DNA of 17,242 bases, taken from contig JBGQHJ010000107.1 of the NCBI GenBank assembly GCA_041497895.1, positions 1-17,242 of the forward strand. Direction: 5' to 3'. The notes beneath the pieces were generated by a model. It was given only the letters and a program-made list of their open reading frames with translations, searched no databases and was not told the DNA's origin. Made by a program: the position numbers and the translations under genes. Below, one piece after another: positions 7,913-16,091 of the stretch (the stretch's first letter is position 1; every line of letters starts with the position of its first letter). Source of the DNA: Candidatus Methylomirabilia bacterium. GTDB lineage: Bacteria; Methylomirabilota; Methylomirabilia; Rokubacteriales; CSP1-6.

Positions 7913-7997
7913 TCGCGAGGAGCCACGGGCGACGAACCAGCCCGTGGCGAGGAACAGATAGACGCCGCGGGCAACCGACCCGCGGCGTTTTTGTTTT
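7857..7997 (+). promoter_or_regulatory. transcription attenuator with alternative pause/antiterminator/terminator hairpins
   Basis: Pairings read by eye: 7886-7902 with 7919-7937; GCCACGGGC 7922-7930 with GCCCGTGGC 7940-7948 (perfect 9 bp); GCCCGTGGCG 7940-7949 with CGCCGCGGGC 7963-7972 (10 bp, one G-U); terminator 7962-7971 with 7979-7988. Confidence 0.75.
7961..7997 (+). terminator. intrinsic terminator (attenuator terminator) in the aroF leader
   Basis: ACGCCGCGGG-CAACCGA-CCCGCGGCGT, a 10-bp stem followed by the U-rich run TTTTTGTTTT (7988-7997). Confidence 0.85.
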
Positions 7998-8016
7998 CCA
8001 CGGCAGCCAAGCGGAC

Positions 8017-8204
8017 GCAGCAACGGTCGTCCGCCACTGGCGGAGTGCGGGGGGCATATCGGGGGCCCCGCAGCTGAAGAGCCTGAAGAAGCAAAACGGT
8101 AGTCCAGCGGACGACGACGGCCATGTCGAAGCAGTAACGGTCGTCCGCGGCGGGGGGAGTGCGGGGGCCATGTCTGGGCCCCCGCAGCTGAAGAGCCTGA
8201 AGAA
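8017..8204 (+). repeat. two imperfect direct repeats (8017-8090 and 8131-8204), each with a GC-rich hairpin; REP-like
   Basis: Ungapped 74-nt alignment at offset 114 with 9 mismatches; the last 25 nt are identical (CCCCGCAGCTGAAGAGCCTGAAGAA). Hairpins: TGCGGGG/CCCCGCA (8046-8072) and TGCGGGGGCC/GGCCCCCGCA (8160-8186). Confidence 0.85.
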
Positions 8205-8254
8205 CTAAACGAGAGTCCGCAAGAGACACCGCGGGACACAGAGGGAGAACGCAA

Positions 8255-9271
8255 ATGATCATCGTGCTCAAGCCGGGATCGAGCGAGGCCGACATCGAGG
8301 ACGTCTCACGACGGGTGCGGGAGTTCGGGTTCAAGACCCACCTCTCCCGCGGGGAGGTGCGCACCATCATCGGGGTCGTCGGTGACGATCGGGCCAAGGA
8401 GCAGCTGCTCGCGCTCCAGTCGCTCGAGTCGGTGGAGAGCGTGGTGCGCATCCTGCAGCCCTTCAAGCTCGCGAGTCGCGAGGCCCATCCCGAAAACACC
8501 CAGTTCCGCGTCCACGGGGTCCCGGTCGGCGGCCCCCAGATCGTGGTGATGGCGGGGCCGTGCTCGGTCGAGTCTCAGCCCCAGCTCACCGCGGTGGCCG
8601 AGAGCGTCAAGGCCGCGGGCGCGCACGTGCTCCGCGGCGGCGCCTTCAAGCCGCGCACCTCACCCTACGCCTTTCAGGGGCTCGAGGAAGACGGTCTGAC
8701 CCTGCTCCGTGAGGCGAGCAAGAGCACGGGCCTCCCGGTGGTGACCGAGGTCATGGAGCCGGACAAGGTCGAGGTGGTGGCCGCGCACGCCGACATCCTC
8801 CAGATCGGTGCCCGCAACGTGCAGAACTTCTCCCTGCTCAAGCGGGTGGCCGAGTGCGGCAAGCCGGTGCTGCTCAAGCGGGGCATGTCGACCTCGATCC
8901 AGGAGTGGCTGCTCTCCGCCGAGTACGTGCTGGCGGGAGGCAATCCCAACGTCATCCTCTGCGAGCGCGGCATCCGCACCTTCGAGACCTCCACGCGCTA
9001 CACCCTCGACCTCAACGCGATCCCGGTGGTGAAGAAGCTCTCGCACCTGCCGGTGTTCGTGGATCCGAGCCACGGTACCGGGCACTGGGAGTACGTCTCG
9101 GCCATGGCCAAGGCCGGCCTCGCCGCCGGGGCCGACGGGCTCATCATCGAGGTGCACAACAACCCGGCCGAGGCCCTGTCCGACGGTCCGCAGTCGCTCA
9201 AGCCCACCAAGTTCGCGCAGCTCATGTCCGAGCTCAAGCCGCTGGCCCGGGTGCTGGGGAGGACCCTATGA
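8255..9271 (+). CDS. aroF: 3-deoxy-7-phosphoheptulonate (DAHP) synthase, type I-beta with N-terminal ACT-like domain, copy 1
   Basis: [22 protein letters not shown] regulatory domain; catalytic motifs [74 protein letters not shown]. Confidence 0.96.
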   Translation: MIIVLKPGSSEADIEDVSRRVREFGFKTHLSRGEVRTIIGVVGDDRAKEQLLALQSLESVESVVRILQPFKLASREAHPENTQFRVHGVPVGGPQIVVMAGPCSVESQPQLTAVAESVKAAGAHVLRGGAFKPRTSPYAFQGLEEDGLTLLREASKSTGLPVVTEVMEPDKVEVVAAHADILQIGARNVQNFSLLKRVAECGKPVLLKRGMSTSIQEWLLSAEYVLAGGNPNVILCERGIRTFETSTRYTLDLNAIPVVKKLSHLPVFVDPSHGTGHWEYVSAMAKAGLAAGADGLIIEVHNNPAEALSDGPQSLKPTKFAQLMSELKPLARVLGRTL

Positions 9272-10284
9272 TCATCGTGCTCAAGTCCGGCATCAACGAC
9301 GCCGACGTGGACGAGGTGTGTCGCCGCATCACCGAGATGGGCTACGGCCCGCACGTGATCCGCGGCGAGTTCAAGACCATCGTGGCCGCGGTGGGCGAGG
9401 AGCGCGGCCGGCCCGACCTGCGCCTGCTCGAGGCGATGGAGACGGTCGACTCGGTCATGCCGGTGCAGCAGCCGTTCAAGCTGGCCAGCCGCGAGGTGCG
9501 CCGCGAGTCGACCGAGGTGCGCATCAACGGGGTCACGGTGGGCGGCCACGACGTGGTGGTGATGGCGGGGCCCTGCTCGGTGGAGTCCGAGGCGCAGGTG
9601 CTCGAGGTGGCCGACGCGGTCAAGTCCTCGGGGGCCAAGATCCTCCGGGGCGGCGCCTACAAGCCGCGGACCTCGCCCTACGCCTTCCAGGGGCTGAAGG
9701 AGCAGGGCCTCCGCTACCTGGCCGAGGCGCGGAAGCGCACCGGGCTGCCGGTGGTCACCGAGGTGCTCGAGACCGAGAGCGTGGAGGTGGTCGCGGAGTA
9801 CAGCGACATCCTCCAGATCGGGGCGCGCAACATCCAGAACTTCACCCTGCTCCGCCGGGTGGGCGAGGTCGGCAAGCCGGTCCTGCTCAAGCGCGGCATG
9901 GCCACCAGCATCCAGGAGTTCCTGCTCTCGGCCGAGTACATCCTCTCGGCGGGCAACCCGAACGTCATCCTCTGCGAGCGCGGCATCCGCACCTTCGAGA
10001 CCGCGACCCGCTTCACCCTCGACCTGAACGCAGTTCCAGTCTTGAAGAAGCTGTGCCACCTTCCGGTAGTCGTGGATCCGTCGCACGGCACCGGGCACTG
10101 GGACCTGGTCGCTCCGATGGCCAAGGGCGCGGTGGCCTGCGGCGCGGACGGGCTGATCATCGAGGTGCACCCTCGGCCGGAGGAGGCGCTGTCCGACGGG
10201 CCCCAGTCGCTCAAGCCCTCGAAGTTCGCCCAGCTCATGCGCGAGCTGCGGCCGGTGGCGGAGGCGGTGGGACGCGGGCTCTAG
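9268..10284 (+). CDS. aroF: DAHP synthase, type I-beta with N-terminal ACT-like domain, copy 2
   Basis: ATG 9268 overlaps the copy 1 TGA (ATGA) with a GGGGAGG RBS; 338 aa, the same length as copy 1; same catalytic motifs ([29 protein letters not shown]). Confidence 0.96.
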   Translation: MIIVLKSGINDADVDEVCRRITEMGYGPHVIRGEFKTIVAAVGEERGRPDLRLLEAMETVDSVMPVQQPFKLASREVRRESTEVRINGVTVGGHDVVVMAGPCSVESEAQVLEVADAVKSSGAKILRGGAYKPRTSPYAFQGLKEQGLRYLAEARKRTGLPVVTEVLETESVEVVAEYSDILQIGARNIQNFTLLRRVGEVGKPVLLKRGMATSIQEFLLSAEYILSAGNPNVILCERGIRTFETATRFTLDLNAVPVLKKLCHLPVVVDPSHGTGHWDLVAPMAKGAVACGADGLIIEVHPRPEEALSDGPQSLKPSKFAQLMRELRPVAEAVGRGL

Positions 10285-10288
10285 CGGA

Positions 10289-12685
10289 TCAGGAGACGGG
10301 GGCCGGCTCGCGCCGGGCCAGGTCGAGCGTCTCGCGAACGCGCTGGACCAGGGCGGCCGGCGTGAACGGCTTCTGCAGAAACGCGGTGTCGGCGCCGAGG
10401 ACGCCGTGGCGGATGACCGCGTCGTCGGTGTAGCCGGACATGTAGAGCACGCTCAGGTCCGGGCGCAGCGGGCCCATGCGCTCGGCGAGCTCGCGGCCGC
10501 TCATCCGGGGCATCACCACGTCGGTGAGGAGCAGGTCGAGCGGGCCCTGGTGGCGCTCGCTGAGCAGCAGCGCCTCCGGCCCGTTGCGGGCCTCGATCAC
10601 GGTGTAGCCGCTGGCCCGCAGGATGTCGCGGGCCAGCTCCCGCACCCCTTCCTCGTCCTCCACCAGCAGGATGGTCTCGGTGCCGCCGGCCGGCGCGGCG
10701 GGACGGGCGGCGCGATCGGTGGCGAGCTCCGCCGCGTCGACCCGGGGCAGGTAGATCCGGAACGTGGTGCCCCGACCCGGCTCGCTGTCGACCTCGATGT
10801 AGCCGCCGCTCTGCTTCACGATGCCGTAGACGGTGGCGAGCCCCAGCCCGGTGCCCTTGCCCTGCTCCTTGGTGGTGAAGAACGGCTCGAAGATGTGGCG
10901 CTGGTGCTCGCGGGCGATCCCCACTCCGCTGTCCGAGACCGCGAGCATCACGTGGGGACCGGGCCGCGCGCCCATGTGGCGGCGCACGTACTCGTCGTCG
11001 AGGTCGACGTTGTCGGTCTCGACGATGAGGTGGCCGCCCTTGGGCATGGCGTCGCGCGCGTTGATCGCGAGGTTCATCACCACCTGCTCGATCTGGCCGC
11101 GGTCGGCCTTCACGCGCCCGAGGCTCGGGGCGATGGTGGTCACGAGCGCGATGTCCTCGCCGATGAGGCGGGCGAGCATCTCCTTCATGTCGGTGGTCAC
11201 CGCGCCGAGATCGAGGACGACCGCCTCGAGCACCTGCTTGCGGCTGAAGGCGAGGAGCTGCTTGGTCAGCTCGGCGGCCCGGCCCGCGGTGCGCTGGATC
11301 AGCTCGATGCCGCGCCGGATCGGGTCCTCCGTCTTCAGCTGACGGAGGATGATGTCGGTGCGGCCCAGGATGACGGTCAGGAGGTTGTTGAAGTCGTGCG
11401 CGACGCCGCCCGCGAGCCGGCCGATCGCGTCCATCTTCTGGGCCTGCTCGAGCTGCCCCTGGGCCTGCGCGAGCTCGTCGTACGCGCGGCGGGACTCGTG
11501 GAGCAGGCGGCTGTTCTCGAGCGCGATGGCCGCGTGGGAGGCGAAGGCGGTGGCGATGGCCATGTCCTCGGTGGAGAAGCCCTCCTCCCGCCGGGTCAGG
11601 AAGCTCAGCACGCCCACGACCCGGTCGCCGATGCGGGCGGGCACGGTCAGGAGCCCCTGGTAGCCGAGCCGCCGCATCGCCGCCGCGTGCTCGGGCAGCA
11701 TGCTCGGATGGTTGGCCGGATCGCGCAGGAGCAGCGGCCGGCCGGTGGCCGCGACCTGCCCGGCGAGGCTCTCGCCGATCTTCAAGCGTGGCCGCACCGG
11801 CATGTCGGTGCCCACGTCGAGCGTGCCCGCCACCACCAGCTCGTCGCCGTCCACCAGGCGGAAGCCCACCCAGTCGGTCTTGACGATGCGGCCGCACGCC
11901 TCCGCGATCCGCCCGAGAAGCGAATCGAGCGGCTGCATCCGGGAGAGCTCGCCGCTGATCTCGACCAGGCTCTCCAGCCGGCTCTGCCGGGTGCGGGCCT
12001 CGTGCAGCGCCTGCTCGAGGGTGGCCGCCATCGAGTTGAACGCGCGGACGGTGGGGCGCATCTCGCTCAGCCTGGTCTCCGGCATCCGCGCGGTCAGGTC
12101 CCCGTGGCCGAGCCGCGTCGCGCTCTCGGCGAGGGCCCGCACCGGGCGCAGGCCGATGACGAGGATCATGTGGGTGAGCCCGAGGAGGGTCACGAGGAGC
12201 ACCCCGGTCACCGCGATCATGGTGCGGACCTCGGTCCACAGCTCGTTCTCGAGGCTCTCCACCGACGGGGTCACCGCCAGCACCCCGTACACCACCGGGG
12301 CGGCGGTGATGGCGACCCGGTGCTCCGGGAGGGTCACCGGGACCAGCTGCTTGAGCCAGCGGGGCGCGTGGGATCGGCGGACCTTCTTGGGGGACGCGTC
12401 GAAGATGATCCGGTGTCCGTCGCTCTCGTAGAGCCGGACCTCGCTCCACACCGACTCCCGATTGAGATTTCGCATCGTCTGCTCGGCCCGCGCCAGATCG
12501 CCGACCACCAGTGAGTCGAGCAGGAGCGGGGCCGCCGCGGTGGCCAGGCGCTCCGTCTGCTCGGCGAGGCGGGCCTGCGCCGCCCCGCTGCGGTCACGCA
12601 GGTTGACGGCCAGGCCGCTGAGGGTGACGCTGACGATGGCGACGGAGCTGAGACCGAGGAGCAGAGTGCGAAGACTGGATCTCAC
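10289..12685 (-). CDS. membrane-bound hybrid sensor histidine kinase/response regulator (TM-TM-HAMP-GAF-HisKA-HATPase-REC)
   Basis: Two TM helices; HAMP ([18 protein letters not shown]...AFNSMA); GAF; H-box [16 protein letters not shown]-box [33 protein letters not shown]; receiver [23 protein letters not shown] overlap with the upstream gene. Confidence 0.94.
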   Translation of the reverse strand: MRSSLRTLLLGLSSVAIVSVTLSGLAVNLRDRSGAAQARLAEQTERLATAAAPLLLDSLVVGDLARAEQTMRNLNRESVWSEVRLYESDGHRIIFDASPKKVRRSHAPRWLKQLVPVTLPEHRVAITAAPVVYGVLAVTPSVESLENELWTEVRTMIAVTGVLLVTLLGLTHMILVIGLRPVRALAESATRLGHGDLTARMPETRLSEMRPTVRAFNSMAATLEQALHEARTRQSRLESLVEISGELSRMQPLDSLLGRIAEACGRIVKTDWVGFRLVDGDELVVAGTLDVGTDMPVRPRLKIGESLAGQVAATGRPLLLRDPANHPSMLPEHAAAMRRLGYQGLLTVPARIGDRVVGVLSFLTRREEGFSTEDMAIATAFASHAAIALENSRLLHESRRAYDELAQAQGQLEQAQKMDAIGRLAGGVAHDFNNLLTVILGRTDIILRQLKTEDPIRRGIELIQRTAGRAAELTKQLLAFSRKQVLEAVVLDLGAVTTDMKEMLARLIGEDIALVTTIAPSLGRVKADRGQIEQVVMNLAINARDAMPKGGHLIVETDNVDLDDEYVRRHMGARPGPHVMLAVSDSGVGIAREHQRHIFEPFFTTKEQGKGTGLGLATVYGIVKQSGGYIEVDSEPGRGTTFRIYLPRVDAAELATDRAARPAAPAGGTETILLVEDEEGVRELARDILRASGYTVIEARNGPEALLLSERHQGPLDLLLTDVVMPRMSGRELAERMGPLRPDLSVLYMSGYTDDAVIRHGVLGADTAFLQKPFTPAALVQRVRETLDLARREPAPVS

Positions 12686-13497
12686 TGGCCGATCAGGCGG
12701 TAGGTCCGGCGCACGCCCTCGTAGTCGCGATCGGTGGCGGGCTCGAACCCCTTGAACTGCGCCTGGGCCAGGACCGGCGCGGCGCTCGGATCGGCGGCCA
12801 TGCCGAGCAGCGCGCGCCGCACCCGCTCCACGGTCGCCGCGGGCACCCGAGGGTGGGCGATGACCGCGAGGTCGGGGAAGCCATCGGAGACGTAGATCTC
12901 GCGGAACGTCACGCGCTCCCGCTCGGCGTACTGGGCGAGGAAGCGGGAGTTGACCGCGCCCGCCTCGACGCGCTTGGCCTTGAGCTGGGCGAGGGTCCCT
13001 TCCTGGTTGCCTCCGAAGACCTCCTCGACCTGAACCCCCGCGCGCTTGAGCGCGACGAGCGGCACCGCGTAGGCGACGAAGGCGTCGGAGGAGGGGAAGG
13101 ACACGCGCTTGCCGCCGAGCTCGTGCAGGTGGTGGATCGGGCTGTCGGCCGGCACCGCGATGACCGCGCGAATGGGCTCGCCGGCCCAGCGCGCGACCAC
13201 CTTGAAGCCCACCGCGTCGAACTCGGACTGGAAGTTGTGGTTGGTGAACGCGAAGTCGAAGTCGCCACGCCCCATCATGGCGTCCGTCTCCTGCACGGTC
13301 CGTCCCATCCGCAGCTGGAGCGGGATGCCGCTCATCACGCCGACGTAGTGGAGGATCGGGTTCCAGCGCTCGGCGGTCAGGGCGGGGCTCTGCTGGTTCA
13401 GCACGCCGAAGGTGAGCGGTGCCGGCTGGCCGTGGGCGGCCCCGGCGGATAGGAGCAGGCCGCCCAGGGCGACGAGAGCTTTCGTCAGGGTTCGCAT
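12682..13497 (-). CDS. PhnD/phosphate-phosphite-phosphonate family periplasmic substrate-binding protein
   Basis: Signal peptide MRTLTKALVALGGLLLSAGAAHG-Q; LTFGV, WNPIL.Y, IAVPADSPI..L.EL.GKRVSF, AY.VP, ..HPRVP...VERVRRALL.M, F.PATDRDY. Start set at ATG 13497 because the signal peptide begins there. Confidence 0.85.
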   Translation of the reverse strand: MRTLTKALVALGGLLLSAGAAHGQPAPLTFGVLNQQSPALTAERWNPILHYVGVMSGIPLQLRMGRTVQETDAMMGRGDFDFAFTNHNFQSEFDAVGFKVVARWAGEPIRAVIAVPADSPIHHLHELGGKRVSFPSSDAFVAYAVPLVALKRAGVQVEEVFGGNQEGTLAQLKAKRVEAGAVNSRFLAQYAERERVTFREIYVSDGFPDLAVIAHPRVPAATVERVRRALLGMAADPSAAPVLAQAQFKGFEPATDRDYEGVRRTYRLIGQ

Positions 13498-13518
13498 GAT
13501 GTTAGGCGCAGAGCGCTT

Positions 13519-13561
13519 TCCAGCACCGTGCCAAGTGAGGTCGCATGCCAAGTAACTGAAA
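13519..13561 (-). promoter_or_regulatory. possible sigma54 -24/-12 element with an upstream IHF-like site
   Basis: Minus strand TGGCACGGTGCTGGA (13533-13519; good -24 box, degenerate -12) and TTTCAGTTACTTG (13561-13549; 2 mismatches to WATCAANNNNTTR). Confidence 0.3.
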
Positions 13562-13695
13562 TAGTGAGGCAAGATTGCTCGGCCGCGTAAGGATAGAGGG
13601 TCGGCGGTCGCAGGGTGTCACCTGGCGGACACTTTTCGTCAGGAAAGCCGTCGTGGCGAGGGGTTCCGGGCCATCCGGCGGAGGGGTCGGCGGCG

Positions 13696-13704
13696 TGCCA
13701 TAAT
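13696..13704 (+). promoter_or_regulatory. extended -10 promoter giving a probable leaderless mRNA for the TonB-family gene
   Basis: TGcCATAAT (13696-13704) ends 7 nt before the GTG at 13712; no SD sequence is present. Confidence 0.5.
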
Positions 13705-13711
13705 TATTGCC

Positions 13712-14629
13712 GTGAAGCGGCTGAGGCGGTGGATCCGGCTGCCCAGGGATCGGACCAAGCGCACGCTGGTCCTGGCCATCGTGACGTCGGTGCTCTTCCA
13801 CCTGCTCTTCCTGGTGCCCTTCGTCATGGTGCCGGGCTTCTTGCGGCCCCCCACGTACGTCAAGCGCGGTGAGCCGCTCCTCGTCGACATCACGCCCGAG
13901 AAGCCGGAGGAGAAGGCCCCGCTCGGCAATCCGTCCCGGCCGGTGGGTCCCCCCGAAGTCCGTCAGCGGGAAACGCCCTCGCCCGCGCCGCCCTCCGCAC
14001 CGGCGCCGAGAGCACCGCGGGCGGCGCGTCCGGCGCCCCCGGCCCCGACGCCGCCCCCGGCCGTCGCGAAGGCCGAGCCGCCGGCCCCGGACGCCATCGC
14101 GAAGACCCCGGAGTCGAAGCCATCACCGCCGGAGCCCAAGCCGTCGGAGGCGCAGCCGAGCGAGGCCGCCACCCCGGCGTCGCCAACTTCGCGGCCGGGC
14201 TCGCGGCCCCTCGCCAGCATCTACCGCCAGCCGCCCGGAGGAGGCGGAGGGTTGAAGGGGGGCGGTCACGGTGGTGTCGAGGGTGCTCCGATCCCGCTCG
14301 ACACCCCGGAGCCGCGGTTTCAGGACTACATGAACAAGGTGCGGGAGAAGATCCGGGCCAACTGGATCTATCCGCGTGAGGCCGGGGACCGCGGCATCGA
14401 AGGGCAGCTGCTGATCGAGTTCCACATCGCCAAGAACGGCAGCCTCGAGTTCATCGAGCTGCGCGATTCGTCCGGGGTGCGCATCCTCGACGACTACGCC
14501 ATGACCGCGGTGAAGCTGGCGCAGCCCTTTCCCCCGGTGCCCGACGAGCTCGCCAAGGCGACCCTGCCGGTCAGCGCCCAGTTCAGGTACCAGATCGTGA
14601 GCGGGCTCGTGAACCAGCTCCTCCGGTAG
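13712..14629 (+). CDS. TonB/TolA family energy transducer protein
   Basis: N-terminal anchor LVLAIVTSVLFHLLFL (S-x3-H), long Pro-rich linker, C-terminal YPREA...GIEG.L.IEFHI.KNG......SSG..ILDDYA..AVKLAQPFPP.P. Confidence 0.88.
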   Translation: MKRLRRWIRLPRDRTKRTLVLAIVTSVLFHLLFLVPFVMVPGFLRPPTYVKRGEPLLVDITPEKPEEKAPLGNPSRPVGPPEVRQRETPSPAPPSAPAPRAPRAARPAPPAPTPPPAVAKAEPPAPDAIAKTPESKPSPPEPKPSEAQPSEAATPASPTSRPGSRPLASIYRQPPGGGGGLKGGGHGGVEGAPIPLDTPEPRFQDYMNKVREKIRANWIYPREAGDRGIEGQLLIEFHIAKNGSLEFIELRDSSGVRILDDYAMTAVKLAQPFPPVPDELAKATLPVSAQFRYQIVSGLVNQLLR

Positions 14630-14633
14630 CGCT

Positions 14634-16091
14634 CTGAACCGCTCGCGGTACGCGGTCTGGCTGCTCCTGCTGCTACTCGGCGCCGGATGCGCCGAGACCC
14701 GGTGCGCGGACCGGCCGCCGGTCCGGGTCCAGCTCCTCTCGGTCAACGACGTCTACGTGCTCGAGCCGGTCGCGGGCCGGGGCGGGCTCGCGCGCGTGGC
14801 CACCCTGGTGCGGACGCTCGAGCGCGAGAGCCCGAACACGGTCTTCGCGCTGGCCGGCGACACGCTGTCGCCGTCGCTGCTCTCGACCTTGCGGCGCGGC
14901 GCGCAGATGATCGAGGGCTGGAACGCGCTCGGGCTCGGCGTCGCCGCCTTCGGCAACCACGAGTTCGACTTCGGCCCCGCGGTGCTGGCCCAGCGCATCG
15001 GCGAGTCGCGCTTCCCGTGGCTCGCCACCAACGTCGTCGACGGCGCGAGCGGCCGGCCGTTCGGCGGCGCGCGGCGGTGGCTCCGGCGTGACTTCGACGG
15101 CGCGCGGGTCGGCGTGATCGGCCTCACCACGCCCGACGCGGCCCGGACCTCGAACGGTGGTGCGAGCGTGCGCTTCGAGGATCCCCTCGAGGCGGCCCGC
15201 GCCGCGCTCGCCGCGCTCGGCGCGGTGGACCTCCGGGTGGCGGTCACCCACCTGCCGCTCGCGCAGGACCGCGCCCTCGCCGCCGCGCTCCCGATCGACG
15301 CGATCCTGGGCGGCCACGACCACGATCCGATGCTCGTCGAGGACGGGCGCGCGGTGATCGTCAAGGCCGGCGCGGACGCGGTCAACGTGGGCCAGGTCCA
15401 GTACGAGCTCCGCTGCGGCGCGGTGATCAGCCGCCGGCAGCGGCTGATCCCGGTGGACGAGCGGCTGGCCGAGGCCCCCGACGTGGCGGAGCTGGTGCGG
15501 CGTCAGGCCGCGCTGCTCGCGCGGGAGCTCGACATCCCGGTCGGGCGCACGCCGGTCCCGCTCGACGGGCGGGAGAGCCTCGTGCGCCGCGAGCAGACGC
15601 CGCTCGGCCGGCTGTTCGCGGACCTGATGCGCGTGCGTGTCGGCGGGCAGGTGGGCCTGCTCAACAGCGGGGCCATCCGGGGCAACCGGGTGCTGCCGCC
15701 CGGGCCGATCACCAAGCGCGACATCCGGGAGCTGCTGCCCTTCAGCAACACCGTCACGCTGCTGGAGGTGACCGGCGACGCCCTCCGGGCCGCGCTCGAG
15801 CACTCGGTGGACGAGCTGCCGCGGCCCACCGGCCATTTCCTCCAGACCGCCGGGGTCGAGTTCTCGGTCGACCCCGGTCAACCGCCCGGTCGGCGCGTCG
15901 CCGCGATCATGGTCGCCGGCCAGCCCCTGGATCCGGGAGGCCGATACCGGGTCGCGACCCTCGATTACCTCGCCCGAGGCCAGGACGGCTACCCGATGCT
16001 GGCCACCTCCCGGGTGCTCCTGGGCCCCGAGGATGGGCCCGGGCTGATCGAGACGGTCCTGGAGGGCCTCGCCGCCGGCCGCTCCCCTTGA
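14634..16091 (+). CDS. bifunctional metallophosphatase/5'-nucleotidase (UshA-like), probable lipoprotein; start probably CTG
   Basis: Metallophosphoesterase motifs SVNDVY, GGLAR, AGDTLSPS, FGNHEFDFG, VTH, ILGGHDH; C-terminal domain NSGAIRG, LLPFSN, DYLARGQDGY. The frame is open upstream of the track start (14757) and encodes NRSRYAVWLLLLLLGAG-C; an in-frame TGA at 14610 bounds it. Confidence 0.88.
   Translation: MNRSRYAVWLLLLLLGAGCAETRCADRPPVRVQLLSVNDVYVLEPVAGRGGLARVATLVRTLERESPNTVFALAGDTLSPSLLSTLRRGAQMIEGWNALGLGVAAFGNHEFDFGPAVLAQRIGESRFPWLATNVVDGASGRPFGGARRWLRRDFDGARVGVIGLTTPDAARTSNGGASVRFEDPLEAARAALAALGAVDLRVAVTHLPLAQDRALAAALPIDAILGGHDHDPMLVEDGRAVIVKAGADAVNVGQVQYELRCGAVISRRQRLIPVDERLAEAPDVAELVRRQAALLARELDIPVGRTPVPLDGRESLVRREQTPLGRLFADLMRVRVGGQVGLLNSGAIRGNRVLPPGPITKRDIRELLPFSNTVTLLEVTGDALRAALEHSVDELPRPTGHFLQTAGVEFSVDPGQPPGRRVAAIMVAGQPLDPGGRYRVATLDYLARGQDGYPMLATSRVLLGPEDGPGLIETVLEGLAAGRSP

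Noticed and set aside
8017..8204. CRISPR array
   Set aside because: Only two long (74-nt) imperfect copies, no repeat-spacer periodicity, and no cas genes.
8068..8217. Hammerhead ribozyme-like core in each repeat (CUGAAGA...AAAC-N4-GUC)
   Set aside because: The CUGANGA and GUC elements are present, but the essential G12 of GAAA is A (copy 1) or U (copy 2), and stems II and III are only 1-2 bp. An Rfam scan or self-cleavage assay would settle it.
7774..8254. T-box riboswitch or TRAP-binding site upstream of aroF
   Set aside because: No GGGTGGNACC T-box motif and no (G/U)AG triplet array; the leader peptide model fits better.
7505..8499. Minus-strand ORFs across the aroF leader (7505-8254, 7668-8171, 7873-8499)
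   Set aside because: Low-complexity translations of the repeats and hairpins; the plus-strand promoter/leader/terminator explains the region better.
8854..9267. N-terminal extension of the second DAHP synthase (476-aa ORF)
   Set aside because: It overlaps copy 1 in another frame. ATG 9268 has an RBS, an ATGA overlap and aligns with the copy 1 start.
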